A stretch of DNA of 64,000 nt, from positions 352,001 to 416,000 of the forward strand of contig CAVSNY010000007.1 of the NCBI GenBank assembly GCA_963729605.1, read 5' to 3'. Below, piece by piece: positions 31,227 through 41,448 of this stretch. Under the pieces are notes generated by a model. That model did no database searches. It was not told the DNA's origin and worked only from the letters and a program-made list of their open reading frames with translations. Made by a program: the position numbers and the translations under genes. This DNA comes from an uncultured Gammaproteobacteria bacterium. Lineage in GTDB: Bacteria; Pseudomonadota; Gammaproteobacteria; DRLM01. Positions within the stretch are counted from its first letter, which is position 1; the number at the start of each line of letters is the position of its first letter.

Positions 31227-31871
31227 ATGGGTCTGTTTGGAAATATCACAAGTGCTTACAAGAAAAGCGAGGCGGCCGTTGTAGTTCAAAACCTTCTGGA
31301 ACATCAGGCACGCGTTGGTTTGCTCGATCTCGATCCAAAGGCTCTGGCTAATCGTCTAGTCAGCGTCCTCTGGGACCAGAAACCGGATCTCTTCGATGGA
31401 AAATTTGGGCAACGACCGCACAAGATCTCGGTAGCCGCCGCCGCACTTGCAGACGGAATTGGAAGGTTTGAGGCTCAAGACACCAATCGCGAAGCCCTGA
31501 TCCTCGCGCTGAGCAATGTGCTATCAGAAATCGAGACAAACGGGCGCCTTTATCCCTTTAACGGTATCGACGAAATATTGCTCGAGGCCGCTGGTGCAAT
31601 TTTTGTGGCAATGACGGAGGAACTCCGCGGACGATCTGGTAACACCACGCCGCCGTCGGCATACGCTACATTCGAAGATTGGTATGCCGAATTCAAGATT
31701 GGCGCTGGAAAAGCCAACCCTGCTCTGCGGGAAGCAGATGGTTCGAGCTTAATAGACTTCATGGATCACGAGCCGTTGCGGCGCGCATTTCGCGATCGCG
31801 TCGAACCGCGCTCCCTCGGCACGGAATTCGCGAAGTCTTTCGACATTCGCAAATTCGGCAAGCAAACGTAG
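31227..31871 (+). CDS. cassette hypothetical protein
   Basis: AGGAGAGG RBS after attC; TAG stop lies in a REP GTAG. Confidence 0.75.
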   Translation: MGLFGNITSAYKKSEAAVVVQNLLEHQARVGLLDLDPKALANRLVSVLWDQKPDLFDGKFGQRPHKISVAAAALADGIGRFEAQDTNREALILALSNVLSEIETNGRLYPFNGIDEILLEAAGAIFVAMTEELRGRSGNTTPPSAYATFEDWYAEFKIGAGKANPALREADGSSLIDFMDHEPLRRAFRDRVEPRSLGTEFAKSFDIRKFGKQT

Positions 31872-32088
31872 GGCGGAAGCCCAACGGGCGTTCCGCAGGA
31901 TGTTTGCCGCGGCTCAACACCCCCGCTCACCACCGATCATGTCCGCCGAAACATATCCGCCCCAATTAGCCGGATAAACGCCGCGTCTCACCCAGTAAGC
32001 GTAGGGCGCAATAGGCGGTAGCCGTATTGCGCCGAATGGTAGAAACATCCGGCGCAATGCCCTTCGGTTATTGCGCCCTACGCGGGCT
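31868..32088. repeat. GTAG REP (31868) and REPIN doublet (32001-32088)
   Basis: GTAGGGCGGAAGCCCAACGGGCGTTCCGC; GTAGGGCGCAATAG... ...TATTGCGCCCTACGCGGGCT. Confidence 0.85.
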
Positions 32089-32152
32089 TGGTTTCCCCAG
32101 CCGCTCAAAATACAATCCCCTATATATCAGGCGGCCGTGCTGACGCGGCTTA

Positions 32153-32211
32153 GTTCAACAGACATTTATACGCCATGCGCGGCACAGCGTATAAATGCTT
32201 AGACGTTAGCG
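32153..32211 (+). other. att-like recombination site (attI or atypical attC)
   Basis: GTTCAAC ... CATTTATACGC/GCGTATAAATG stem ... GTTAGCG. Confidence 0.55.
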
Positions 32212-32235
32212 GTCAACCAACAGCGAGGTAGATCT

Positions 32236-32628
32236 ATGAGCACCGTAACTGACTCTGATGTTTACAAGGCCGCCCTCGACCACTCGCGACAGTTGAGCGC
32301 TCTCCGTTTTGCGATCCTGACAGTCTTTATGACCGCAACCGGGGCATTATTCAACGCGTACTTCACTCCAACGGTGCATTACCCTCTTCGAGTCGTATCC
32401 TTTGCGGGCTTTTGGCTGGCCATCGTATTTCTCGTGTGTGAGATCGTTCTGTCATTTACCATGGCGAAGCAAAACAGCGTTGCGGAAGCGAAAGCAGGTG
32501 AAAAATACAAGGACGCGTTTCTTCACAGGCGTTGGCTCGCACTTTGGTCTATCCGGTTGGCTATCCCAAGCGTCTACGTGTTGAGTGGTGCGTATTGGTT
32601 TTATCTATTTTTTCTGTGGGTCGGTTAA
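32236..32628 (+). CDS. cassette small membrane protein (about 3 TM)
   Basis: GAGGT RBS; cassette start TTAGCGGTCAACC is complementary to its end GGTTAACCGCTAA. Confidence 0.75.
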   Translation: MSTVTDSDVYKAALDHSRQLSALRFAILTVFMTATGALFNAYFTPTVHYPLRVVSFAGFWLAIVFLVCEIVLSFTMAKQNSVAEAKAGEKYKDAFLHRRWLALWSIRLAIPSVYVLSGAYWFYLFFLWVG

Positions 32629-32668
32629 CCGCTAATTGAATAATAGCGCTAATGAATAATAGAATTGT

Positions 32669-32712
32669 AGCCCGCGTAGGGCGCAATAACCGAAGGGCAT
32701 TGCGCCGGATGT
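32669..32712 (+). repeat. GTAG REP
   Basis: AGCCCGCGTAGGGCGCAATAACCGAAGGGCATTGCGCCG, same as 58016. Confidence 0.85.
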
Positions 32713-32914
32713 TAAGGCGATGACGCATCGCCTGCGAGTGAGCCTGATGATCCGTCTATGGTTGGGTATTAACTCGCCGGATATCGGCGGCTGCGAGTGA
32801 ACAAGGCAGGCCGATGGAGTGGTGCGTAATCCGAATCCATTTTCCGGATTACGCTTCGCCGCGCGCAGGGCGTCACTTCGCCCTGCGCGCATCTTTCATG
32901 TCCGCGCGGAGCGC

Positions 32915-33571
32915 TTAGTAAGCTGCCTCCACCTCGGCCGCCACCAAGCCCACCAATTGCTCATAACCAAAACTCGGCAGGGGTTTGCCGTTGACGAAGA
33001 AGGTCGGCGTTTTATTCGCGCCCAGGTTCTGTCCGTCATTGATGTCTTGCTGGATGGCGTTGATCACGGTCTGGCTGTTCATGTCCTGCGCCATCTTTTG
33101 CATGTCGAGGCCGGTGGGTCTTTGATTGAGGAGATTCCAGAACGTCTCCGGCTGGGCGCGGTGATTGATCGTCCACTGCCGCTGGGTTTCGTACATCATC
33201 TCCAGCACCGGCCAGAATTTACCTTGTTGCTTGGCCGCTTCCAGTATCGCCACCATCTGGTCCGAGCCCGGGTGCAGCGGCGCGTAACGCAGCACCAGAT
33301 TCACTTTGCCGCCCTGCCGCTCGAGCAGCTCTTTGACCAAGGGGTGGAATTGGGCGCAGGTCTCGCAGGCCGGGTCTATGAATTCGACGATGGTGACCTT
33401 GGCTTGGGGGTTGCCTACGCGCACGGAATGGTCACGGATCAGCGTGTCGCTATGCCGCGCGACCTGCTGGCTCGCTTGTTCGCCTTGCTCGGCTTTGTAA
33501 AAAATCGCGGCCAGGATGAAGCCGCCGGCGATCAACACCAGGGCGATGAGGGTGAAGTGGCTTTGTTTCAT
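32915..33571 (-). CDS. DsbA/BdbD-family thiol-disulfide oxidoreductase
   Basis: CETC, TPTFFVNG, N-terminal anchor. Confidence 0.9.
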   Translation of the reverse strand: MKQSHFTLIALVLIAGGFILAAIFYKAEQGEQASQQVARHSDTLIRDHSVRVGNPQAKVTIVEFIDPACETCAQFHPLVKELLERQGGKVNLVLRYAPLHPGSDQMVAILEAAKQQGKFWPVLEMMYETQRQWTINHRAQPETFWNLLNQRPTGLDMQKMAQDMNSQTVINAIQQDINDGQNLGANKTPTFFVNGKPLPSFGYEQLVGLVAAEVEAAY

Positions 33572-33620
33572 TCTTGAATCCTATGCTTGATGTTTCATTG
33601 ACGGGTTCAACCGCCGGCGT

Positions 33621-34061
33621 TTATTTTGAAATCGAGCGGGCCTTCAACAGCAGCAGCGTAATAATTAAAAACGCGGCGAGTGAAAGCAGTGGGATCGGCA
33701 AAAAGCCGAACAGTTCCATGCCGGCGCCGGAGCAGGGCACGCCCTGACTGCAAGGCTGAAGATTTTCCGGGATGACGCCATAAAACAGCAGGCTGTGATA
33801 GAGCGTGAACAGCAACCCGAGGATGGCCAGCGGCAAGGCGTAGCGTATCACTTTGAGGTCCAACGGATGCAGCCCCAGCAGCAGAATCAGCGCCAGCGGG
33901 AACATGAAGACGCGCTGATACCAGCACAACACGCAGGGCACCAGCTCCATCACTTCGCTGAAAAACAGACTGCCGGCGCTGGCGGTCAATGCCGTCAGCC
34001 AGCTCGCGAAGATCATGCGCCAAGCGGTCACGGCCACGACTGATTGATGATTCATGCGCAC
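33621..34061 (-). CDS. DsbB/BdbC disulfide bond formation protein
   Basis: PCVLCWYQR, second Cys pair PCSQGVPC. Confidence 0.9.
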   Translation of the reverse strand: MRMNHQSVVAVTAWRMIFASWLTALTASAGSLFFSEVMELVPCVLCWYQRVFMFPLALILLLGLHPLDLKVIRYALPLAILGLLFTLYHSLLFYGVIPENLQPCSQGVPCSGAGMELFGFLPIPLLSLAAFLIITLLLLKARSISK

Positions 34062-34134
34062 CCGATTTCAAAAAAAAGCCCGGCGATTCTACCGGCTCGC
34101 AAGGGCTGAGGGCAATCGGCGTTCGCGCGGATCT

Positions 34135-34245
34135 CGCAGCGGATGCGTGCAGCGCGCCGCGTAATTGTGAATGCTGTAAGTCGTACACCGGCGCAGTTTG
34201 CCGCAAATCATGCGGCGGAAGACCTTTGGGGTTTCCGCTTCGCCG
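34135..34245 (+). repeat. degenerate copy of the 52264/54304 REPIN
   Basis: GCGGATGCGTGCAGC ... CATGCGGCGGAAGACCTTTGGGGTTTCCGC. Confidence 0.6.
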
Positions 34246-34261
34246 CGATATGACCGAGTAT

Positions 34262-34861
34262 TCAACTCGCGGACGCGCGCGTGGCGACGAGCGAGGGTCG
34301 ACCTTTAATCGCGTCCAGCCACGCGGCCTGACGCGGATGCGCGCCGCGCCAGTCGTGCGCGTAGCGCAGGTCGATGTATTCCAACGCGACGGCCCAGGCG
34401 AGGTCGGCGATGGTGAGACTCTGTCCCACTAAATGATCGCCGCCTTGATAATGCTGGTCGGCGAAGTTCAGCGCCGCCGCCACCTTGCTCTCTTGTTTGG
34501 CCATGGCGCCGGCATCTATTTTCTCCGGCGCGCGGCGGCTTTCCACCAAGCGCGTCACCACCGCGTCGTACACGCCTTGGCTCAAGGCGTGCCAGCGCTG
34601 CGCCTGCCAGCGCGCCTCGCCGGAGGGTGGAATCAAGCGCACCTTGCCCGCGCTGTCGAGATACTCGACGATCAGCGGCGAATCGAACAGCGGCTCGCCG
34701 TCGTCGCGCTCCAACACCGGAATCTTGCCCAGCGGATTCAAGCGCGTTACGTTGGCGTCACGCGCGGCTTCGACGATGAAGTCCAGATTAACACCTTGTT
34801 CCATGGCGCACACCCGCACTTTGCGGACATAGGGCGAGGTTTTGGATCCGTATAGTTTCAT
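34262..34861 (-). CDS. glutathione S-transferase
   Basis: TSPYVRKV, NPLGKIPVL, DSPLIVEYLD. Confidence 0.9.
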   Translation of the reverse strand: MKLYGSKTSPYVRKVRVCAMEQGVNLDFIVEAARDANVTRLNPLGKIPVLERDDGEPLFDSPLIVEYLDSAGKVRLIPPSGEARWQAQRWHALSQGVYDAVVTRLVESRRAPEKIDAGAMAKQESKVAAALNFADQHYQGGDHLVGQSLTIADLAWAVALEYIDLRYAHDWRGAHPRQAAWLDAIKGRPSLVATRASAS

Positions 34862-34896
34862 GGGCGCTCCCTCCAGAATGGTGACGATGATGCGGT

Positions 34897-35664
34897 TTAC
34901 AGATTGAATTCGGCGACCGCCGGGGCGTGATCCGACGGCCTTTCGTGTTTGCGAACCTCTTTGTCGATGTAGCTGGCCGTGCATTTCTCGCATAAAGCTT
35001 TGCTCGCCAACACGTGATCGATGCGCACGCCCAGGTTGCGGCGAAAGGCGTGCATGCGGTAGTCCCACCAGCTGAAGATTTTTTCTTCCTGTTCGAATAG
35101 ACGGAAGGTGTCGCACAAGCCGTTGGCCAGCAGTTTATTGAAGGCGGCGCGTTCGGGAAGACTGAACAAGACTTTGCCCTCCCATGCCGCCGGGTCGTGC
35201 ACGTCGCGCGGCTCGGGCGCGATATTGAAATCGCCGAGCACCACCAAGTTGGGATGGCGCGCCAGCTCGGCCTCGATGAAGTTGTTGAGCCTGCTCAGCC
35301 AATGGAGTTTGTATTGATATTTGTCCGACTCGACGCTCTCGCCGTTGGGCACGTACAAATTGAGCACCCGCACTTCGCCGTAGGTCGCGGCCAGCACGCG
35401 GCGCTGCTGGTCGTCGAGGTCGGGGATGTCTTTCACGACATCGCTTGCCGGTGTCTTGCTCAGGATCGCGACGCCGTTATAGGTCTTTTGCCCGGAAAAC
35501 ACCATGTGATAACCGGTCTCCGCGAGCGCCGCCAAAGGAAAATTCTCATCGATGCACTTGGTTTCCTGCAGACATAATAAGTCCGGCTGCCGTGTCGCCA
35601 GCCAGTCCATCACCTGCGGCAGGCGCACCTTCAGTGAATTGACGTTCCAGCTCGCGATTTTCAC
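34897..35664 (-). CDS. xth: exodeoxyribonuclease III
   Basis: SWNVNS, LQETK, GDFNIAP, WWDYR, SDHAP. Confidence 0.95.
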   Translation of the reverse strand: MKIASWNVNSLKVRLPQVMDWLATRQPDLLCLQETKCIDENFPLAALAETGYHMVFSGQKTYNGVAILSKTPASDVVKDIPDLDDQQRRVLAATYGEVRVLNLYVPNGESVESDKYQYKLHWLSRLNNFIEAELARHPNLVVLGDFNIAPEPRDVHDPAAWEGKVLFSLPERAAFNKLLANGLCDTFRLFEQEEKIFSWWDYRMHAFRRNLGVRIDHVLASKALCEKCTASYIDKEVRKHERPSDHAPAVAEFNL

Positions 35665-35755
35665 CGGCGCAGCTCAACGCGAAGACGCAAGAGTGCAAAA
35701 ACAAAAATTAAACTTGGCGGCATGTGGCGGCTTGCCGCCGCGGCGTTGAAGTATG

Positions 35756-37795
35756 TCATGCCGCGATTCCGCTATGCCGCAACAGCGCGTCGATGGTCGG
35801 TTCGCGGCCGCGGAATTCCACGAATAATTCCATGGGTTCGCGCGAGCCGCCTTGCTCGAGCACGGTGCTCAAAAAGCGCAGGCCGGTGGCGCGGTCGAAG
35901 ATGCCCGCTTCTTCGAAGGCGCCGAAGGCGTCGGAGGACAACACCTCGGCCCATTTGTAGCTGTAATAACCCGCCGCGTAGCCGCCGGCGAAGATGTGCG
36001 AGAAGCTGTGCGGGAAGCGGTTGAAGGAGGGCGGCTTCATCACAGCCACTTGTTGGCGTACTTCATCGAGTATTTCGTAGACCCGGGCGCCCTTGGCCGG
36101 ATCGTATTCGAGGTGCAGGCGGAAATCGAAGATCGAGAATTCCAATTGCCGCACCATCTGCATGCCGGATTGGAAATTCTTCGCCGCCAGCATTTTTTGA
36201 TACAACTCGTCGGGCAGCGGCGCGCCGGTTTGATAATGCGCGGCGATCAAATCCAGCGCCTCGCGGTGCCAGCACCAGTTCTCCATGAACTGGCTGGGCA
36301 GTTCCACCGCGTCCCACGGCACGCCGGCGATGCCCGCCACGCCGGGATAATCGACCTTGGTGAGCATGTGGTGCAGGCCGTGGCCGAATTCGTGGAACAG
36401 GGTCAGCACTTCATCGTGGGTGAACAGCGCCGGATCGGTGCCGACCGGCGGCGAGAAATTGCAGGTGAGATAGGCCACCGGGGTCTGCACGCCGGATTCG
36501 CCGCGCTTGCGCGTCATGCAGTCGTCCATCCACGCGCCGCCGCGTTTGTGCTGGCGGGCGTACAAGTCGAGATAAAACTGGCCGCGCAGTTCGCCCTGCG
36601 CGTCGTGGATTTCGTAAAAGCGCACGCTGGGGTGCCACACGTCCACGCCTTGCCGTTCGCGTATCTCCAAACCATATAAGCGCTGCACCACTTGAAACAT
36701 GCCGGTGACCGCGCGCGCTTCGGGAAAATAAGGCTTGAGGTCTTCCTTGGAAATCGCGTAGCGGTGAGTGCGGAGTTTTTCCGCGTAATAAGTGATGTCC
36801 CAGGCCTCGAGCTCGCCGGCGCCGTGTTGCTCGCGGGCGTAGGCGCGCACCTCGTCGAGTTCGCTGCGCGCCATGGCGAGGGAGCGGCCGGCGAGGTCGT
36901 TGAGAAAACCCAACACTTGGTCGGTGGAGCGCGCCATCTTGGGTTCGACGGAATATTCCGCGTAATTGTTGAAGCCCAATAGCTGCGCGACTTCGTGGCG
37001 CGCGGCGAGGATTTTTTCCATCACCGGCGTGTTGTCCCACTGGCCGGCGTGAGGACCGGCGTCGGAGGCGCGGGTGACATAGGCCTCGTAGACCTCGCGG
37101 CGCAGCGCGCGGTTGTCGGCGTAGGTGATCACCGGGATGTAAGCGGGAAATTCCAAGGTGATCACCCAGCCTTCGAGTTCGCGCTGCCGGGCCATCTGCG
37201 CCAGCAGGGCCAGCGCGCTGGGCGGCAGGCCGGCCAGTTCGTTCACGTCGCTGATCTGTTTGTGCCAGGCGTTGGTGGCGTCCAGCAGGTTTTCCTCGAA
37301 CTTGGCGTTGAGGTTGGACAACTCTTGCATCAGCTCTTTGAAACGGGCCTTTTTGTCCGCAGGCAGCGCCACGCCCGACAAGCGGAAATCGCGCAGCGCG
37401 TTGTCGATGATTTTTTTCTGCGCGGTGTCGAGCTTGGCGAACTCCGGGCCGTCGGCGATGGCTTGATAGGCCTGATACAGCCGCTCGTTCTGTCCCAACT
37501 CGGTGGCGTAGTCGCTGAGTTTGGGCAGGCAGGCGTTGTAGGCGGCGCGTAATTCCGGACTATTGACCACGGCGTTCATATGACCCACCGGCGACCAGGC
37601 GCGGCGCAGGCGGTCGCCCAGTTCTTCGAGCGGCGCGACGAGATTGGCCCAGGTGTAAGTCCGCTCGGCGTCCAAAAGGCGCGTGAGTTCGGCGCGGCCG
37701 TCCGCGAGGATTTGGTCGATGGCGGGTTCGACATGTTCGGGACGGATGGCGGAAAACGGCGGCAGGCCGTTCAGGGTCAGCAGGGGATTGGTCAT
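35756..37795 (-). CDS. prlC: oligopeptidase A (M3)
   Basis: MTNPLL, HEFGH, DAVELPSQ, GGYAAGYYSY. Confidence 0.95.
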   Translation of the reverse strand: MTNPLLTLNGLPPFSAIRPEHVEPAIDQILADGRAELTRLLDAERTYTWANLVAPLEELGDRLRRAWSPVGHMNAVVNSPELRAAYNACLPKLSDYATELGQNERLYQAYQAIADGPEFAKLDTAQKKIIDNALRDFRLSGVALPADKKARFKELMQELSNLNAKFEENLLDATNAWHKQISDVNELAGLPPSALALLAQMARQRELEGWVITLEFPAYIPVITYADNRALRREVYEAYVTRASDAGPHAGQWDNTPVMEKILAARHEVAQLLGFNNYAEYSVEPKMARSTDQVLGFLNDLAGRSLAMARSELDEVRAYAREQHGAGELEAWDITYYAEKLRTHRYAISKEDLKPYFPEARAVTGMFQVVQRLYGLEIRERQGVDVWHPSVRFYEIHDAQGELRGQFYLDLYARQHKRGGAWMDDCMTRKRGESGVQTPVAYLTCNFSPPVGTDPALFTHDEVLTLFHEFGHGLHHMLTKVDYPGVAGIAGVPWDAVELPSQFMENWCWHREALDLIAAHYQTGAPLPDELYQKMLAAKNFQSGMQMVRQLEFSIFDFRLHLEYDPAKGARVYEILDEVRQQVAVMKPPSFNRFPHSFSHIFAGGYAAGYYSYKWAEVLSSDAFGAFEEAGIFDRATGLRFLSTVLEQGGSREPMELFVEFRGREPTIDALLRHSGIAA

Positions 37796-37951
37796 GGCCT
37801 CAAACCTCACGATAGCAACGGCGGGGGAAACTCCGGAAGTAGTAATCCGGCATCAAAGACGATCTGGTCTGGGCTGTTCCTTCTCCCGGCGGGAGAGGGG
37901 CATGCTTTGATACCGAGATAATAGAATAACAAAAAGCGCGGCGGCTGCGGT

Positions 37952-38896
37952 TCATCCGCCGCGGGTGTTGATCAGCCACAGCGCCGCCGACCCGGCCAGC
38001 AGAAACAGGCTGAACAGTCCGGCGGCGTAGAGTTGATAGCGGCGGGTCAGCCGCGCCGGCGGTTCGCTGGACAGTAAAAAGGGCCGTCCGTCGGGCGGAC
38101 GGGACAACAGCAGCACGCCCGGCTCGCTGAGGCGGCGCCCCAGTTCGCTCGCCGCTTCCCGTTCCGCCGCGCCGCGCGCCTGTTCCCATTCGGCGGGGTC
38201 GATGGCGCCGTCGCCGTCGCGGTCGAAGCGGGCCAGCAGACGCGGCCGGTCGCGCTTCCACGTCGCCAGCAGGTCGCGCACCGTCTCCGCGCGGGTCGGC
38301 CCTTCCACGCCGCCGCCCGCGCTGCGCAGATCGCCGATGGCGTAGAGCGCGTCGCCCGGGTGGATGCGTTCTTCGCGGTAACGATAGGCGCCGGTGCCGA
38401 ACCAGCGCCGCTCGCGAGGGCCTGTCATGCCCGGCGGCGGGGTGGGCGTGTTGCCGTACCACACCTGCGTCACGCTCGAGGTCACTATCGCGCCGTCGGG
38501 ATCGACGACGCATTGGCCGGTGTCGTCGCGCAATAAAAACAGGCCGTCGCTGCGGCCGCGGGCGATGACGCGCCAGCGGCCGTTTTGATGGCGGCCGCCG
38601 TCGGACTCCCTTTCTTCCACGCGGAATTGAAACCAGGCGCAGGGGGTGTGGGTGAGCGGCGCGACGATGGGCGGACCGGCCAGCACCGCCGCCTCGCCCT
38701 CCAGCTCCACGTAACCTTGCGCGGCGGAGCGGAGTCTGGAAGTGGGGGTGTCTTCTATCAAGCGCGCGCGGCGCAGAAATAAAAAAGCGCCGGCGAAACT
38801 CGCGACGGCGCCGAGCAGCGCCGCGCCGCAGAAAAACCAGAAGACCGGGGGATCGAGCCGCTGCGGCCACGCCAGCCAATAGGCGAATCCCGACAT
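37952..38896 (-). CDS. GIDE-domain membrane protein with EF-hand-like loop
   Basis: IEDTPTS, GYVELEG, terminal TMs, DRDGDGAIDPAE. Confidence 0.7.
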   Translation of the reverse strand: MSGFAYWLAWPQRLDPPVFWFFCGAALLGAVASFAGAFLFLRRARLIEDTPTSRLRSAAQGYVELEGEAAVLAGPPIVAPLTHTPCAWFQFRVEERESDGGRHQNGRWRVIARGRSDGLFLLRDDTGQCVVDPDGAIVTSSVTQVWYGNTPTPPPGMTGPRERRWFGTGAYRYREERIHPGDALYAIGDLRSAGGGVEGPTRAETVRDLLATWKRDRPRLLARFDRDGDGAIDPAEWEQARGAAEREAASELGRRLSEPGVLLLSRPPDGRPFLLSSEPPARLTRRYQLYAAGLFSLFLLAGSAALWLINTRGG

Positions 38897-38909
38897 GGTC
38901 GCGGGTCGT

Positions 38910-39482
38910 TTAGTCGAACAGCTGCTTGAGCGAGACGTCGCGTTTTTCTTCTTCGCCGAATTCCAGCAAGGGATGGGGACCGAATTTGAACAGACGCGCC
39001 ACCACCATGTCGGGAAACTGTTCGATGCGCACGTTGTTGAGATTCACGCCTTCGTTGTACAACTCGCGGCGGTCGGCGATGGCGTTCTCCAAACCGGTGA
39101 TGCGGCCTTGCAGGTGTTGAAAACTCTCGTTGGCCTTCAGTTCGGGATAGGCCTCGGCCACCGCGAACAATTGGCCCAGCCCCAGCCGCAACTGGCCCTC
39201 GGCCTGGCCCAGTGCCGGCACATTGTGTTGTTCGCGGGCGGAGGCCACCGCGCCGCGGGCGCGCAGCACCTTCTCCAGCGTGTCCTGCTCGTAGACCATG
39301 TAACGCTTGCAGGTCTCCACCAGTTTGGGCAATTCATCGTGACGTTGTTTCAGCAGCACGTCGATGTTCGACCAGGCCTTCGCCACATTGTGTTTGAGGT
39401 TGACCAAGTTGTTGTAGATCATCACGCCGTAGACCAGCAGGGCGGCGATCAGGGCCAGGAAAATGAACGTGCTAATATCCAC
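38910..39482 (-). CDS. lemA: LemA-family protein
   Basis: [28 protein letters not shown]. Confidence 0.9.
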   Translation of the reverse strand: MDISTFIFLALIAALLVYGVMIYNNLVNLKHNVAKAWSNIDVLLKQRHDELPKLVETCKRYMVYEQDTLEKVLRARGAVASAREQHNVPALGQAEGQLRLGLGQLFAVAEAYPELKANESFQHLQGRITGLENAIADRRELYNEGVNLNNVRIEQFPDMVVARLFKFGPHPLLEFGEEEKRDVSLKQLFD

Positions 39483-39565
39483 CGGGGTTCTCCGTTATGA
39501 ATCCGATTTCCACACGACTGCGGTCAATATACCCGTCCTATCGGCGGCGCGGGAGGTTTTCTGAT

Positions 39566-40909
39566 ATGAAGCACTTCAATCTCATCGCCATCGGCGGCGG
39601 CAGCGGCGGCCTCGCCGTGGCGCAGCGCGCGGCGGAATACGGCGCCCGCTGCATGATAGTGGAGCCCGCGCCGCTGGGCGGCACCTGCGTGAATACCGGC
39701 TGCGTGCCCAAGAAGGTGATGTGGAATGCCGCGCAGCTCGCGCGGACTCTGCGCGATGCGCGCGATTACGGGTTTGACGTGAGTAGCGCGGATCTCGATT
39801 GGCCCCGCTTGGTGGCCGCGCGCGATGCCTACGTCGCGCGGCTCAATACCTTTTACAGCACCCGGCTGGCCGACAGCGGGATAGCCTGGCAACAGGGGAC
39901 CGCCCGCTTCATCGATGCGCGCACCATTGCCGTCGGCGAAGAACGTTTCAGCGCCGACCACATCGTCATCGCCACCGGCGGCCGCCCGGTCATTCCCGCG
40001 GTGGAAGGCGCCGAACTGGGTATCAGCTCCGACGGTTTTTTCGCGCTACGCCGGCGGCCCCGGCGCGTGGCGATCATCGGCGGCGGTTATATCGCGGTGG
40101 AATTGGCGGGCATATTGCGGGCGCTGGACAGCGAGGTGACCCTGGTGTTGCGCGGCCGGCTGCTCGGCGCGTTCGACGTCATGCTGCGCGAGGTATTGAT
40201 GGAAGAGATGCTCGATCAAGGCATCAAGCTGCTGGCGGGATCCACGGTGGCGAGCTTGACGCGCGCGGCCGACGGCAGTCTCACGCTGATGGGTGCCGAT
40301 GGGGCCGACCTCGCCGGTTTCGACGCGGTGATCTGGGCGGTGGGCCGCCGGCCCAATATTGAAGGTTTGGATTTGGAGCAGGCCGGGATACGTTTGAATC
40401 CCCGCGGCGCGATCGAGACCGATGATTATCAAAATACCAATGTGGCGGGGATTTATGCGATAGGCGATGTCACCGGCCGTTCGCCGCTTACCCCGGTGGC
40501 CATCGCCGCCGGCCGCCATTTGGCGGACCGCCTGTTCGGCGGCAAGCCGGACAGCCGCTTAGATTACGAGGGGATACCCAGCGTGGTGTTTTCCCGGCCG
40601 CCCATCGGCAGCGTGGGGATGACCGAAGATCAGGCGCGGGCCGAACACGGCGCCGGCGTAAAAATTTATCAAACCCGCTTTACACCGCTCTATCACGCGC
40701 TTACTTCGCGCAAGCCGCGCACCGCGATGAAGTTGGTGACCGTGGGCGCGCACGAGAAGGTAGTGGGTTGTCATGTGATCGGACCGGGCGCCGACGAAAT
40801 GCTGCAAGGCTTCGCCGTCGCGATCAACATGGGGGCCACCAAGGCCGATTTCGACAAGACGGTGGCGATTCATCCCACCAGCGCGGAGGAATTGGTCACT
40901 CTACGCTAG
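39566..40909 (+). CDS. gor: glutathione-disulfide reductase
   Basis: [30 protein letters not shown]. Confidence 0.93.
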   Translation: MKHFNLIAIGGGSGGLAVAQRAAEYGARCMIVEPAPLGGTCVNTGCVPKKVMWNAAQLARTLRDARDYGFDVSSADLDWPRLVAARDAYVARLNTFYSTRLADSGIAWQQGTARFIDARTIAVGEERFSADHIVIATGGRPVIPAVEGAELGISSDGFFALRRRPRRVAIIGGGYIAVELAGILRALDSEVTLVLRGRLLGAFDVMLREVLMEEMLDQGIKLLAGSTVASLTRAADGSLTLMGADGADLAGFDAVIWAVGRRPNIEGLDLEQAGIRLNPRGAIETDDYQNTNVAGIYAIGDVTGRSPLTPVAIAAGRHLADRLFGGKPDSRLDYEGIPSVVFSRPPIGSVGMTEDQARAEHGAGVKIYQTRFTPLYHALTSRKPRTAMKLVTVGAHEKVVGCHVIGPGADEMLQGFAVAINMGATKADFDKTVAIHPTSAEELVTLR

Positions 40910-40919
40910 TCCCGCGGCT

Positions 40920-41054
40920 TTACGGTTCCATCGCCTCTTGCGAGGCCTTTTCCGCCGCCTTTTTGGGATTAGAGAGATGCAGCGTTACCACCACGCCAAG
41001 CACGCCACCCAACGCAAATGAAACCACCACAGCTTCCACCAAGAAACTAAACAT
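40920..41054 (-). CDS. 44-aa single-TM small protein
   Basis: GAGGAGGAGG RBS; MFSFLVEAVVVSFALGGVLGVVVTLHLSNPKKAAEKASQEAMEP. Confidence 0.65.
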   Translation of the reverse strand: MFSFLVEAVVVSFALGGVLGVVVTLHLSNPKKAAEKASQEAMEP

Positions 41055-41448
41055 GGCCAGTCCTCCTCCTCGTTTCCATTGACCGCTTTTCCGCCAACAG
41101 ACGCAAACGCCGCGCCTTACCGCGTATAACGACCGTTCAACGAGTTGACTTAAATGAGACCGGGTTCTCAGTTACGGGACCGGGATTTATGCTAGTCCGG
41201 GGACCGGGCCGAGTAACGCGGCATTACGGCGGCAAACTTGCCGCCCCCTCACCGACGCGTTACGTTAAGCGCTTTTTTTAGCCAACGTGCCCGGTGGTTT
41301 TACATGCATGACCTATGCAAGGCATGTTCCATTTTTTGGAGAGGGTCGTGTCGCGGCGACGCGCGTCGTTGGGAACGGCGCGTCGGCGATCAATGACGCG
41401 TGTCGGGCCTGATTTCTCCACGCGCTTGGTTTGTTTGAATAAGTTCGA

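Noticed and set aside
31868-32712. Possible CRISPR array from recurring ~35-bp palindromic repeats
   Set aside because: Repeats are inverted pairs with irregular spacing and GTAG ends (REP-like); no cas genes in the window.
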